Assembly: GCA_002269645.1 (NCBI GenBank)
Contig: NIVC01002127.1
Span: 44,240 to 108,239 of the forward strand
Source of the DNA: Macrostomum lignano
Lineage: Eukaryota
Direction: 5' to 3'
Length of the DNA: 64,000 nt
In this document: in pieces, positions 36,741 through 49,667 of the stretch
How positions within the stretch are numbered: the first letter of the stretch is position 1
Layout of the letters: every line of letters starts with the position of its first letter
The notes under the pieces: generated by a model
Databases searched by the model: none
What the model was told of the DNA's origin: nothing
What the model saw: the letters and a program-made list of their open reading frames with translations, nothing else
Translations under genes and position numbers: made by a program

Positions 36741-38438
36741 TAGTGTTCCGCCGTAAGGAGGGTCCATGTACCGTAGCCGTAGCCGTAAGCAAAACTACGG
36801 CTTATTCCAATTCTCCGTATCCGTAGCCGTAGGGACCCCGAAATTACCATATTCCCGTAGTTCCCGTAGCCGTAGCCGTAGTTTTAACAAAAGACTAAAA
36901 AATAAAAAAATTTGAATCAAGACGATAACCTAGTGCTTAAACAACTGCAAATTAAATTAGAAAATAAAAGAAACACTCAATTGCCTTTGTAAGATTATAT
37001 TTCGTCTTTGTTCAGAGCAACAATACTTAATCGTTACTTAAAGTACTAACACTAAACTTTTTCACATTAATAAAAGTTAGAGTTTGCTAGTGTTTTATTG
37101 TACTTTTTTAGGTATATTTTATAAGTTTCTAGGTTGATAATACAGTTTACTAAAAGTATCTTTGTTTTACTCTACCTGTTTCTAATATTTTTATCTATTT
37201 TTAACATTAATAATGAGGTGGGGGTGGAGAAAAGGACAATCTTTTCCTTGTACGGTTGTTTTGAATTTGCAGGCACCAGTGAGGTGGGGCGGATTCCTCG
37301 TTTGAATTGCCGCCGGCGTTGAGTTCGCACGAATAAAACCGGAAAAACGCGCAGACGAATCACAACGAAATTCCTTCTCCTGTTGTACTCCGACAGCCGG
37401 GTCCTCAAGTCCGGGGGGAGGGTAGTTGCAGTCGTAGCGGAGCGGTCGTGTAGCGGCGCGGTCGTTCAAAGCGATGAAACACCGGAGATACAGACACCGT
37501 AAATTAATGTGTCGATTTGCTGAGCTTGTTACTTTCAGTAGGGTAGAGCTGCCACCACCGTAATTACGTATTACGGAACGAATAAGTCTCTGAGCTTTCT
37601 TTGAGCTGAGAAAACTTGGTTATTTAACGCCCCACGGGCAAAAGACTCAAGATAGGCTATGGCTTAATGTCAACGAATGAATATTAATAAATTGGCGGAA
37701 TATTAATTTTTATTTATTGGTTTGAGCAGGATATCTGACAGATTACTTAATTATTGACGGAGATGGATTCGGCGTGCCGCGGTGCGACGACTATTTAATT
37801 AATGAATTAACCAAAGCTTATACAAAGGTGGTGTTTGTTTGTGAGTAAATTATAATAATAAAACACACTAATAATAATAAACCTTCAACACAGAAACAGA
37901 AACAGAAACCGGGGAACAGGTAAAAAAATATAACCACACATACTCGTATATAAGCAAAAAAAATGAGCGAAATCCGCGGCTGGACCAGAATAAGGAAAAT
38001 TACACATACGCGTTTGGTCCAGCGACGGCAAAGTAACAAGAAAACATACAATTAAGCGTGATACGAAAGGGGGCATACGGAGGGAAACACTTACACGGGA
38101 TGGGAATTAAAGAAATCCCATAGCGGGATGGGGTGCGTGATAACTTTTCGAAAAAACTGTCCCGGCTTGGGAAATGTGCACTTAACGTGAAACATCAATT
38201 TTTGAATTTTGAAAGTTTTTAAAACTGCAAAAATAAATATTAAAGAAACAGGGGCAGCCACCTGCCACAATAACTACGGCTACGGGATCTACGGAATGTG
38301 ACAGCAAATACCATATTTCCGTAGTCGTAGTCAGAGCAGCTAGCTACCGTAGGCGTATCCGTAGCTGCCGTAGGCACCTATTTTACCGTATTTGCCGTAG
38401 GATCCCGTAGCCGTAGCTACGGCTACGGCGGAACGCTA
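36741..38438 (+). mobile_element. Non-autonomous hAT-type element, TAGTGTTCC family, copy A
   Basis: TIRs TAGTGTTCCGCCGTA and TACGGCGGAACGCTA; TSD TTTTTAGG/TTTTTAGC (7 of 8 match); CCGTAG subterminal repeats; homologous to copies B-D. Confidence 0.85.
37214..38269. mobile_element. LTR-like insertion inside copy A
   Basis: Absent from sibling copies; TG...CA termini (TGAGGTGG and CCTGCCACA) with 4-bp TSD ATAA. Confidence 0.55.
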
Positions 38439-39229
38439 TTTTTAGCCTAAAAACGGCCGGGTGAATCCCTAGGTTGCGCCCAAGCATGTTTTTAGGCCTG
38501 CCTGGCTGCCTGCCTTACTAACTAACTAACTAACTTACTAACTTTAGCCTAAGTTAAGGCTTAAGTTCAATGTAGGAAAGAAGGGTGTTTCTTTTTTAAT
38601 TTTAGTTTGTTTAGGCCTAGGCCTAGCTTGGATTTGGTAAAATTTATAGGTTTTCTTCTAAATTTAAGATAGGCCTAGTCTCCTGTCACCCCTAGCTCTA
38701 CCAGTCTACCTCTACCTACATAATAAATTAGATAATTATTGCAATTTATAGTTTTTTAATAACTAGACTTAGGCCTATGATAATATACCAAGTGTATATG
38801 TTAAAAGGTAGGCCTATGCCAAGCTAGCAATCTCCTAGTTTACTGCATTAAATTATTTTTGGGTATAAAAAATGAAAATAAAAAGTTACACATTTTAACA
38901 GTTGACAGTAGTTAGAGGGCAGTCCAAAGTGTCAATAATAGTGCACAACCCAATGTCGCAAAGCTTGGCTATAGGCCTCAAATTGGCCTTAGGTACAATT
39001 GTAGTTTGTGTTCTAGGCCTTTAATCTCCCAGTGGCAGCCATATGGACAATTAGCAGGTAGGCTAAAAAGTTTTGAAAGTGGCAAATAATTTTATGCAGT
39101 AAACTAGGAGATTGCTGCCAAGCCTCTCTATATGTCTATTTGTATATCAGATCTCTTTATCTATGCCAGAATTTTTTGATATATATTAGGGTAGTGTTCC
39201 GCTATAGCCATAGCTATGGCTACGGGATC

Positions 39230-41026
39230 CTTACATGCGCAACTGCTGGCCGAGCTGGCCGATCTGGCCACCGTAAATTGTGGTGGACCAGGGTAAGTCG
39301 CAAAATTGAGTTGACCAAAAATGAAAAAATGCAAGAGGAAAGAGCAATATAGGGAAGTAAAATGGTGAAGCAAAAGAAAAACAAGTTGCAGCAGAAGCAA
39401 ATTAAGTTGCACAAATGATTAGGTAAGTCGCAAAAGGATTAGGTAAGTCGCAAAAGGGTTAGGTAAGTCGCAAAAAGGATTAGGTAAGTCGCAAAAAGAT
39501 TAGGTAAGTCGCAAAAGGAGAAACTAAGTCGCAAAAAGGATTAGGTCAAGTCGCAAAAAGATTAGGTAAGTCACAAAAAGGATTAGGTAAGTCGCAAAAG
39601 GATTAGGTAAGTCGCAAAAAGATTAGGTAAGACGCAAAAGGAGCAACTAAGTTGCAAAAAGGATTAGGTCAAGTCGCAAAAGGATTAGGTAAGTCGCAAA
39701 AAGGATTAGGTAAGTTGCAAAAGGGTTAGGTAAGTCGCAAAAGGAGCAACTAAGTCGCAATAAGAGGGAAGTAAGTCGCAATCAGAGGCGATCAAGGGGT
39801 AGTAGGTGCAAGTGTGGCAGGGGAGCAAAAAAACAGAATAGAAGCCTTCAACCACAGACAAGATCTTTGAAATCAGCAGCCTATGTCAACAGTTTCCCAT
39901 TGATTTCTTTAACTCCGGAGCAGGGGTCAGCAAAGTCCAGCTCGCAAAGCCCCTCTATCTGGCCCTCGCCCTTCGGGTTCTTTGAAACTTTCTAACTAGC
40001 AAGGTTGGTGTCTCTTCAACTCTCATCTCTCTCTTCTTCTCTACCTTGCCTCCCCTCTTATCTCTCTCCCCCTTTTCCCTCTTCTCTCTCCTTTCCTTTT
40101 TACTCTCCTCTCTTCTCCCCTCTCCTTTCTCCCCTTTTCTCTCTACCCTTTCTCCTCAATGCCCTCTTCTCTCCTCTTATCTTCAGCAAAAATGTGTGCA
40201 TATTTTCTTACTTCAAAGTAGAGGGAATAGAAGATTGGAGATAAGCAAACAGAGGAGAGGCGAGCGATGCAATGGGAGAAAAGATAGATGAGAGAAAAGC
40301 TGAGGGAGGAGAGAGATGAGAGAGATGAGAGGAAAGAGGAAAGATATGATGATGGATGAGATCAGAAAAGAGAGGAAAGAGGAAAGAGGAGAGAAGAAAG
40401 GAGATAAGAGAGTAGACGAGAGAAGAGAGGATAAGGACGAGATAAGAGGAGAGTGAAGAGAGGAGAGATAAGAGAGTAGAGAAGAGAGGAGAGATGAGAT
40501 GAGAGAGTTGAGTGGAGAGAGACGAGAGGAGAGATAAGATGAGAGAGTAGAGTGAAGTGGAGAGAGACGAGAGGAGAGATAAGAATGTAGACAGGAGACA
40601 GAAGAGATAAGAGAGGAAGAAAGAGAGGAGAGGAAAGAGAGAAGGGATGAGGGATGAGAGAGAAAATATCTTCCATGCTAAATCGTCTAGCAAGTGAAAT
40701 TATTCTTGAGCTATAGGCCACACTGTATTCACTTCACTTACTTCTAGACATTCATGAATCATGACTTTTGTCTTTACATGTCTTTACTCATTGTCATCAT
40801 TACTAATTGCCTCAGGCCGCCACTATGATATACTGATTAGCTGTAATAAAAACCGCAAAATCTGCACTAATTAGCTGGCGAGGCATTTAGCCTTTAAAAT
40901 ATGGTTATAGTTACTCCTGCCGTTTACCCACAATTCTTTGTTTAGCTTTCTTACATAGGTAAGTCGCATTTTTGATCGAAAACTAAGTCGCACGGCCAGC
41001 GTAATTTCAGAAGTTGCGCATGTATG
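39230..41026 (-). mobile_element. CATACATG hAT family, non-autonomous copy
   Basis: TIRs C(T)TACATGCGCAACT and AGTTGCGCATGTATG; 8-bp TSD ACGGGATC; carries the GGATTAGGTAAGTCGCAAAA array (39415-39785) and CT-rich and GA-rich tracts (40020-40665). Confidence 0.88.
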
Positions 41027-41134
41027 ACGGGATCCTACGGCAAATACGGTAAAATAGGTGCCTACGGCAGCTACGGATATGCCTACGGTAGCTAGCTGCT
41101 CTTACGGCTACGACTATGGAAATATAGTATTTGC

Positions 41135-41319
41135 CAGGGGCGTAGCCAGGAATTTCCTACGGGGGGGATACACCAAGGTGAATTTCCTACGGGGGGGGGA
41201 TACACCAAGGTAAAAGTGCTCACATGGTAGCATGTATAGCGAAAAAGTGCAACAAAAAAGTTTTGGTCTGGCTCTTCGGGGGGATACATCCCCCCTGATC
41301 CCCCCTCCCTACGCCACTG
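41135..41319. mobile_element. 185-bp hAT-type MITE (CAGGGGCGTAG...CTACGCCACTG)
   Basis: 11-bp TIRs with one mismatch; perfect 8-bp TSD GTATTTGC. Confidence 0.92.
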
Positions 41320-41861
41320 GTATTTGCTGTCACATTCCGTAGATTCCCGTAGCCATAGTTATTAATGTTAAAAATAGATAAAAATATTAGAAACAGGTAG
41401 AGTAAAACAAATATACATTTAGTTAACTGTATTATCAACCTAGAAACTTATAGAATATACCTGAAAAAGTACAATAAAACACTAGCAAACTCTAATTTTT
41501 ATTAATGTAAAAAAATTTAGCGTTAGTACTTTCAGTAACGATTAAGTATTGTTGCTTTGAAAAAAGACGAAAAATAATCTTACAAAGGCAATTGAGTGTT
41601 TCTTTTATTTTCTAATTTAATTTGCAGTTGTTTAAGCACTAGGTTATCGTCTTGATTCAAAATATTTTACTTTTTAGTCTTTTTGTTAAAACTACGGCTA
41701 TGGCTATGGGAACTACGGGAATATGGTAATTTCAAGGTCCCTACGGCTATGGATACGGAGAATTGGAATAAGCCGTAGTTTTGCTTACGGCTACGGCTAT
41801 GGTACATGGACCCTCCTTATGGCAGAACACTATATTAGGGCTAGGGGTTAGACATGATCTA

Positions 41862-44800
41862 CCCAGTGTCCATGATGTCAGCATTATGCCGTAATTATGC
41901 TGACGCGTCAGCATATTTTTGACAAGCAAAAAAATTCCAAATTTGTGTTGCATTGATATCTGTTTGATATTTATTGAAAGTGCTTTCAGTTTTGCCAGCA
42001 ATTCTTTCTTTTTTAGGCGCAGCATCAAACTGGAATAAATTTGGCCTGTGCATGCCACGGCACAATTAAGGCATTAAGTGCTAAAAATATGACTTTGAGA
42101 AACTTAGAAGGAAAAGATTTTATGCAGGTTCCTGAATAGTCCCAAATTTATAATAGTCTTCAAAGATACCCATTGACAAATTTTACTGTCTTCATAATTT
42201 TTGCATATATACAGCATGCAAATGCTTGTTCATTTCGTCGATTTGATATAATTTGAATTGTACATGTTTCTTATATATACTGAATGGACTACAAATAGTA
42301 GTCATACAAGTAATATTTAGATGGTTTATTTTAAGCTATGTTATCTTTTGGCTATAGTAGTTATACATGTTTTTATTTTTTTGTTATAATAATAAATATT
42401 AAACAATATTGAACAAAAATATAGCACATTTTTAATTGATGCTTTTTACACTCATTTGTCTTAGGCCTAGTCTGTCTCGATCAATTGTACTGGCTTTTAT
42501 ATGTATGCGCAGAAAAATACCTTTTCTAACAAGGCATTTGTATATTAGTTTCTAGCAATAGTAGTGGGTGCAGTCTGACAATTTTCTAAGGCTGTATATG
42601 ATATTACAAAGTTATATATGTTAATGTACTAGCCTAGGCTCTATAGGCATAGGCCTATGTGAAATATTGTACTTGTCATATTTTATATAGGGCCTACACC
42701 AGTTTTTAGTTGCTTTGTTGTATAAATTGCTGTTAAAATATGATATGATATAATACTGTTCCTTGTAGTTTATATTGCAAATAGCAAACAATTACATATT
42801 CAGTTGTCAAAAAAGGATAAAACTAATTTTAAGTTTTATCTAAATCAATGAAACAAATGTTGAAATCAGACAATAGGCTTTTTCCAGTTTCTTAACTATT
42901 TTATTTACTGGGACACTTAAGCCTTTAAGAGGTCTACTTATAGTAAAGTACTTATCTAAATATCTATAGACAGAATAATAATTCATTGTAGGCCTAATTA
43001 TAGGTTATAAACATAGCTAGGCCTATAGTATATTATTGTATAAGGCAAAAAAAGGTTTAACCTTTTATATTTATAAGTTAGGCCTAATGAATAGGCCCTT
43101 AATTTACTCTGTATATATATAAAGCCTAGGTTTTTTTAAGGTTAGAAATCCAGTTGCCAATGGCTATTTTTGGTTGCCCACTGGCAACCTAACTACCCGC
43201 ATTCTTGAGGATCTAGATATTTCTAGGGCTCATTAAAACATGGATACACTATATGACTATGTGAATGAAACAGTTTGGGACTTGGTATTAAATTGACATT
43301 GAAATTGTCCATTTTTGCAACTTTGTTTTTGCATCAACTTAGATTAATAGGCCTATAACATTTTTATTATACTTGTAAAATCATTTTCTGAAAGTGGCAA
43401 CTGGCACAGGGAAATAAAGTTGCTAGATTGGCCTCTGATGCCAAAAATCCAATTGCCAATGAGATTTTCAAGGGGCCAAAAAATCCCATATGGCCAAAAA
43501 ATAAACCTAGGCATTATATCTTATATTATTGTTATTTAATTACTAATTTAACTATAAAGTGCCAATTTATTTTGATTTAATAGGATTTATTTGGTTACCT
43601 ACAAAAAATAAATATAATATAATAATATATAAAGGCAAATTCTATAAACAAAAAATTTAAATTGAATATCAATTTTTTAGCAATATTAAAAATGTGATAA
43701 ATATATTTTTTCCATCATAGTTTAAGACTTTATTATGGCTTTTTAAATTCTAATTTTTTATTTTTTATATTGTAATGTTCATGATATTTTCATGATTAAA
43801 TGTCTAAATACGATATATTGATACAATATTAAGTATAGCAAAAGCAGTTAATATGCAGTGTATTATGTTAATGTGTAGTTTAATATTTTTATATATTGCA
43901 AGTATAGCATGTTGTTAAAGAGGGACATTATTTTCATGGTATATATTGACAAAGATCAATCAATTTTATTAGTTTACTATGTGGATAAGACTAGGACTAG
44001 GAGCAGCATTATCTACATAATTCTATGCCAATTGGGAAAATATTCTATAGTATATAATATTAAATATTAAGTATTGAGTAGTATTAAGTATTTTCTTCCT
44101 TAATAGTCAGTTTATCTAAGATTCTAAGAGAAGGAAAGACAGGGATTGGAAAAGAATAATAGATATATATTAGACAACTATATAAGTGGTAGAAAGGAGA
44201 GGAGAAGACTATGGGAATTGAAAAAAGAAAAGTTTGTAAGTGGGAGTTAAAAGCCAAATAAACATGTTATCTAAAGTCCAATTCATGCATTATTTCTTAT
44301 TTCAGATGAGCATTCAATTTGAACAATGCAAATTCAAAGTCACATGCTTCGAAGCTGGGATGCAATTACTGTCAAGGTTGAAGAAGTTTCGCTGAAGATA
44401 GGGTGGTTTACAAAACTTTTGTAGGCATTAAAAGAACAGATGCAGACTACAAATCTGGTCTTGAGAATAACCAACTGCAGATTTCGCCACTCATTGACAA
44501 TGCAAACTTGCAGTCTGGTTTCCCTGTTGATTACTAACATTCTGTTTGTTTGGGAGTTGTTCGCCAATTGTTAAAGTTTTTTCTCCACTGTAAAGGGTTT
44601 TTGTCTTCGTTGTAAATTACACCCAACTGCTTTGGCTGAGCTGTCTGAAAAGTCGATTTCTTTGGCAAAATTTATACCAAATGAGTTTCAGTGACGGCCA
44701 AGGCGATTTGATACCAAGCTTTCTCATTTTAAGGCAACAGAATTCAGACTCTTTGCTGTATTTGGGACCCTATCTTTTAAAGAAGTATCTGCTTATAACT

Positions 44801-45460
44801 TTTGTATGTTGTTTTTGTTGCTATATTCTGTTTATATTTTTATGTTGTTATGTTTCTGTTTTCCCATGCTATTTAAGTTACTATTTAAGTTAAATTATAA
44901 AAGAATTAAAGAACTAAAAACATGTTCCTACCATTGTTTTCGATGTTAAAAAAATACTTTTCTGCGCCGTCTTTTTTACAATACACTCGTATTTAGTTCT
45001 TTTGTACCATTTCCTAAAGCCTAATTAAAGCCTTGTGGAGTTCAAAAAGGGTTAAGTGCTTCATTGTAATAATTGGACAACAATTGCATTATTTATGAGC
45101 CACAGAAAGCTACGGCGTACATTGGTTTACTATATAATTGAACAGGCATATCAGTCGCATATAGTTGGCATAAAAGCAGCATTACACTGGCATTTCATGC
45201 TAACATAATGCCTGGATCCCGTCGCGACATTCAGTCTGGCATGATATGCCAGCATTATTCCAACAATGCAGCCACAATGCTACGAAGTACATTGGTTAAC
45301 TACGTAATTGAACAGGCATATCAGTCGCATATAGTTGGCATAAAAGCAGCATTACACTGGCACTTCATGCTAACATTATGCCTGGATCTCGTCGCGACAT
45401 TCAGTCTGGCATGATGCTGGCATAATATTCCGGCATTATTCCGACAATGCGGACACTGGG
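41862..45460 (+). mobile_element. Degenerate EnSpm/CMC-type DNA transposon, 3.6 kb
   Basis: TIRs CCCAGTGTCC and GGACACTGGG extending imperfectly ~45 bp, flanked by TA; internal transposase remnant; ~120-bp direct repeat at 45119-45247 and 45288-45415. Confidence 0.75.
44330..44790 (+). pseudogene. EnSpm/CMC transposase remnant
   Basis: KRTDADY...SPL...FPVDY*HSVCLGVVRQLL and IPNEFQ*RPRR...FKATEFRLF/LLYLGPYLLK, matching animal EnSpm motifs FPxDYMHxVxLGV and PxEFxRKPR...KATExRxFLLYxGP. Confidence 0.78.
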
Positions 45461-45631
45461 TAATGATCTCAAGCGTAATTATAAAATTGTTGTTTTACAA
45501 AACCTTTTCCAGGACCCTGACTTATGGAATTTCAATCTGTGATTATGATTTTTTTCTTTAAACCCAAATTCAAATTTATATAGATTTAAAGTGTTCCACT
45601 GTAAGGAGGGTCCATATACCATAGCCGTAGC

Positions 45632-46769
45632 CCATAGTCAGGAAGGTGGCAGAGCAGAGTGTGCACTAGAATAAATTTTGGAGGGACAATCTGTGCGCCG
45701 TCTATGTGCCATCTGTGTGCTGTCTATGCACCATTTGTGCGCCACTCTTCACGAGTAGAGTTTTCTAAGAAAGGTAGTGTTCCACCGTAGCCATAGCTAT
45801 GGCTACGGGATCCTATAGCAAATATAGTAAAATAGGTGCCTATGGCAGCTACGGATATGCCTATGGTAGCTAGCTGCTCTTACAGCTACAACTATGGGAA
45901 TATGGTAGTTGCTGTCACATTCCATAGATTCCCATAGCCATAGTTATTAATGTTAAAAATTGAAAAAAAAATATTAGAAACAGGTAGAGTAAAACAAAGA
46001 TACTTTTAGTAAGCTATATAATCAACCTAGAAACTTATAAAATATACCTAAAAAAGTACAATAAAACACTAGCAAACTCTAATTTTTATTAATGTGAAAA
46101 AGTTTAGTGTTATAACTTTTAGTAACGATTAAGTATTGTTGCTCTGAAAAAAGACGAAATATAATCTTACAAAGGCAATCAAGTGTTTCTTTTATTTTCT
46201 AATTTAATTTGCAATTGTTTAAGCACTAGGTTATTGTCTTGATTCAAAATATTTTATTTTTTAGTCTTTTTGTTAAAACTACGGCTACGGCTATGGGAAC
46301 TATGGGAATATGGTAACTTAAGGGTCCCTATGGCTATGGAATACAGAGAATTGGAATAAGCCATAGTTTTGGTTACGGCTATGGACCAACCCTCCTTACG
46401 GCAGAACACTAGTCCTTCGTACGAAAAGTCTTTTTAAAATGTTATGCATATTTTCATTTTAAACAAACTTAAATTATACCTACAAATAAAGTAATGCAAA
46501 ATTGACTTTCTTAGAAATAGTTTATACTAATTTTATTTACTGTCAATTTTAAAGATATAAAAAGTTTATCATTGACTTTCTAGACTATACAAATCTTTAT
46601 TTTACATAAAATTGTTAATTTGCATTACAATTTTCATGCATGTCAGGGACCTTATGCGCCGCAATTATGCGCCACATATGCTAGGGACCTCAGTGTATGC
46701 CATGATTGTGCACTAAGGACCCTATTGTGCACTAAGGACCCTTCTCAGAGGCCACCTTCCTGACTATGG
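45632..46769. mobile_element. CCATAGTCAGGAAGGTGGC family, copy 2
   Basis: Perfect 19-bp TIRs; 8-bp TSD GCCGTAGC. Confidence 0.9.
45775..46411 (-). mobile_element. TAGTGTTCC family, copy C (uninterrupted, ~640 bp)
   Basis: Both TIRs present (TAGTGTTCC and AGAACACTA); colinear with B after removing B's insertions; TSD not preserved. Confidence 0.82.
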
Positions 46770-47845
46770 GCCGTAGCCATAAGCAAAACTATGGCTTATT
46801 CCAATTTTCTATATTCTATAGCCATAGGGACCTCAAAATTACCATATTCTCTTAGTTCCCATAGCCAAGCCATAGTTTTAACAAAAAGTCTAGAAAACAA
46901 AATATTTTGAATCAAGAAGATAACATAGTACTTAAACAACTGCAAATTAAGTTAGAAAATAAAAGAAATACTTGATTGCCTTTATAAGATTATATTTTGT
47001 CTTTTTTCAGTGCAACAATACTTAATCATTACTGAAAGTACTAATGTTAAACTTTTTCACATTAATAAAAATTAGAGTTTGCTAGTATTTTATTGTACTT
47101 TTTTAGGTTTAATAAGTTTCTAGGTTGATAATACAGGTTACCAAAGTATATTTGTTTTACTCTACCTGTTTCTAATATTTTTTTCATTTTTTTAACAAGA
47201 ATAACTATGGCTACAGGAATCTACAGAATGTGACACCAACTACCATATTTCTGTAGTCATAGCCATAAGAGCAGCTAGCTACCATAGGTATATCCATAGC
47301 TACCATAGGCACCTATTTTACTATATTTGCATAGGATCCCATAGGAATAGCTACAGCTACAGTGGAACACTAGATTTAAATAAAGTAGGCCTATTCTTTC
47401 AAAAAATATAATGCCTTTTGGTATTTAATTTTTAGCTTACTCAAAATAAGATTTAGACTAGAATTATAACTCTTATATGCCTTACCAGAAGCTAGAACTT
47501 AAAAGAATCTTTATTTAAAAGAGTTGAAAATCCAAGATATAATAAAATAAAGTAAAATAAAAAGCCTTACTAGATCAAATACTAAATAGATTGAATACTA
47601 ATATTTTAAATATAGACCTTGTATAATGTGTAAATTCTGTATTTTATTTCTGTATTGTATTTTATTCTTTATTAATTGATTGGCAATTACCCTACTCATA
47701 AATCTTACTTCTGGAAGTTGGTGTGGTATATGCAGCAGCAAGCTTCCAGTGGTGTTTGGCTGAAAGTTACTACATGTCTGGGCCTTAACTTGGCAAACTT
47801 TGATAATAAAATGTTCATATCTAGGTTGTCCTCAAGGAACATTGC

Positions 47846-48033
47846 ATTGCAATCATACGTGTGCAACCTTGGGAATCACCCGGCCGTTTCTATTGGCAAC
47901 GCAGACATGTAAGTCGCTATTGGCTGAGAGCAGTCACGTGACTACTATTCTGTCCAATAGCGACATACATGTGTGTGTTGCCAATAGAAACGGCCGGGTG
48001 AATCCCAAGGTTGCGCCCAAGCATGATTGCAAT
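47846..48033. mobile_element. Fold-back MITE, ~188 bp, almost fully palindromic
   Basis: Arms ATTGCAATCAT...CAACCTTGGGAATCACCCGGCCGTTTCTATTGGCAAC and its reverse complement; centre GTCACGTGAC; a 40-bp piece recurs at ~38450-38488. Confidence 0.8.
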
Positions 48034-49667
48034 CCTTATACTTGCTGTCCCATACTAAAACCTTATTTATTTATAGCCTAGGCCTGTGATTGACTGCTAC
48101 CAAAAGGTATATTTGGACCAGCAACTTCTAATGCAGCATTAGGCTTGCTGGCTAATAGGGCAACTATGTTGACCATTCTTCTTTTTTCCCTCATCCCTCT
48201 TATGCACTCTTTTGCCTATGATCGTTGCTTTGCAACTTGCTAATGGTCAACAAATCTTTGCTTCATTGCACTTCTTTCTCTCTTTCTTTTTCTCTTCTCC
48301 ATTTGTTGCAAAATGCCTTCTGATGTTGAGCATTTGTTTTCCAAATCATGATTAGTGCTAAATGGGAAAAACTCTAAATTAGCTGAAATGCAATGTAAAC
48401 TTATATTTTAATTGATCCAAGCAAAAGTCTAAGCAGGATGTCTATGTTATTACCAAGAAATTGAGTGTTACAACCATAATCTTGTTGTTACACACACTTT
48501 CTGTTCTAAAGGAATAGAGCTAAGTCCACCTAATTTGAAGATTAAGTTAGTTTTAAAAAGTGCTTATTTCCAAGAATTTTGAGTTCTTTACACAAAAAAT
48601 ATTTATAAATATAATTTAAAACTGCATGTACTTTGATTCTTATAGTCATAAAAGCACAAAATCATGCACAATATTGGTCTACTAACTGACTCACTAATGT
48701 ATATTATAAGAGAAAAAACCTTATTTCATTTCTGCAACATATGATGAGCCGAGTTTAATTATTTCTGCCACAAAAAACATGAATAAAGTCTTTAAAATCA
48801 GTTTGTAAGAACACTGAAAACTTTGTAAGTGTATGTAAAACATGAAAAAATGCTGATAAAATTAAGCAAAACAAGTAAAATATGGTAATGTGATTAGATA
48901 ATAACCTATACTTCAAATTATATAAAAAACATGTCTTAGGGCAAAATAAGTCACCTGCATTGACTAAAAATACAAAAAATAATTGATGACCATTGTCCAA
49001 GTTATATAACTAGAAAAAAAGGAAATTTTTATTACATAAAACACATCTTAAAATTGCCTATCTAAAATGTTTGCAAAATGTTTTTTCCATAAAAAATTAT
49101 AGAATATATCTATACAAAATATGCCTTTGCAAATATTAAAAATAAATTATTTAGCGTATTGATACCATGGCAACAAAAGTCAAATAAAAATGTTTCACAT
49201 TTTTAAGATTTATAGAAAGTTTTTTTTCTCAAATTTCTGTTTCTACTTTTTTACAACTATTTAGCTTACATTTTGACCATGTAGGAATATCATGGAATGT
49301 CATGTAGGAATATCACAAAGATCACTATCTTATCTTAGTGATAAGATTACACTATCTTAAGGGGCCAGGTAATATGAAACATATTTTATTGGCTGCATAG
49401 AATAGCCCAATTTATAATTCGGCTAGTAATTGGCTAATATATAAGGAATAGTTAATTAGCTCAAAATTTTGCATCACTTGATGCAAGGCATTTTGACAGT
49501 GTAAAGTTTTGTGTTTGTAAAAGCATCCCAATTAAACTACTATTTCTAACATAAGCCTAGCTAGAATCAAACATATTTATATTTGTATTTATATATGAAA
49601 CTTGCTAAAATTGAGTGGGTTCAAAGTAAAAAGGGTCTATTAATGTTAAACTTATAGCAAGGAATAA

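Larger units (their letters stand above)
39192..41832 (-). mobile_element. TAGTGTTCC family, copy B (host of two nested hAT-type elements)
   Basis: Perfect 8-bp TSD TATTAGGG (39184-39191 and 41833-41840). Confidence 0.9.
45591..47372 (+). mobile_element. TAGTGTTCC family, copy D
   Basis: Flanked by GATTTAAA on both sides; the left terminal TA appears lost; interrupted by 45632-46769. Confidence 0.8.
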
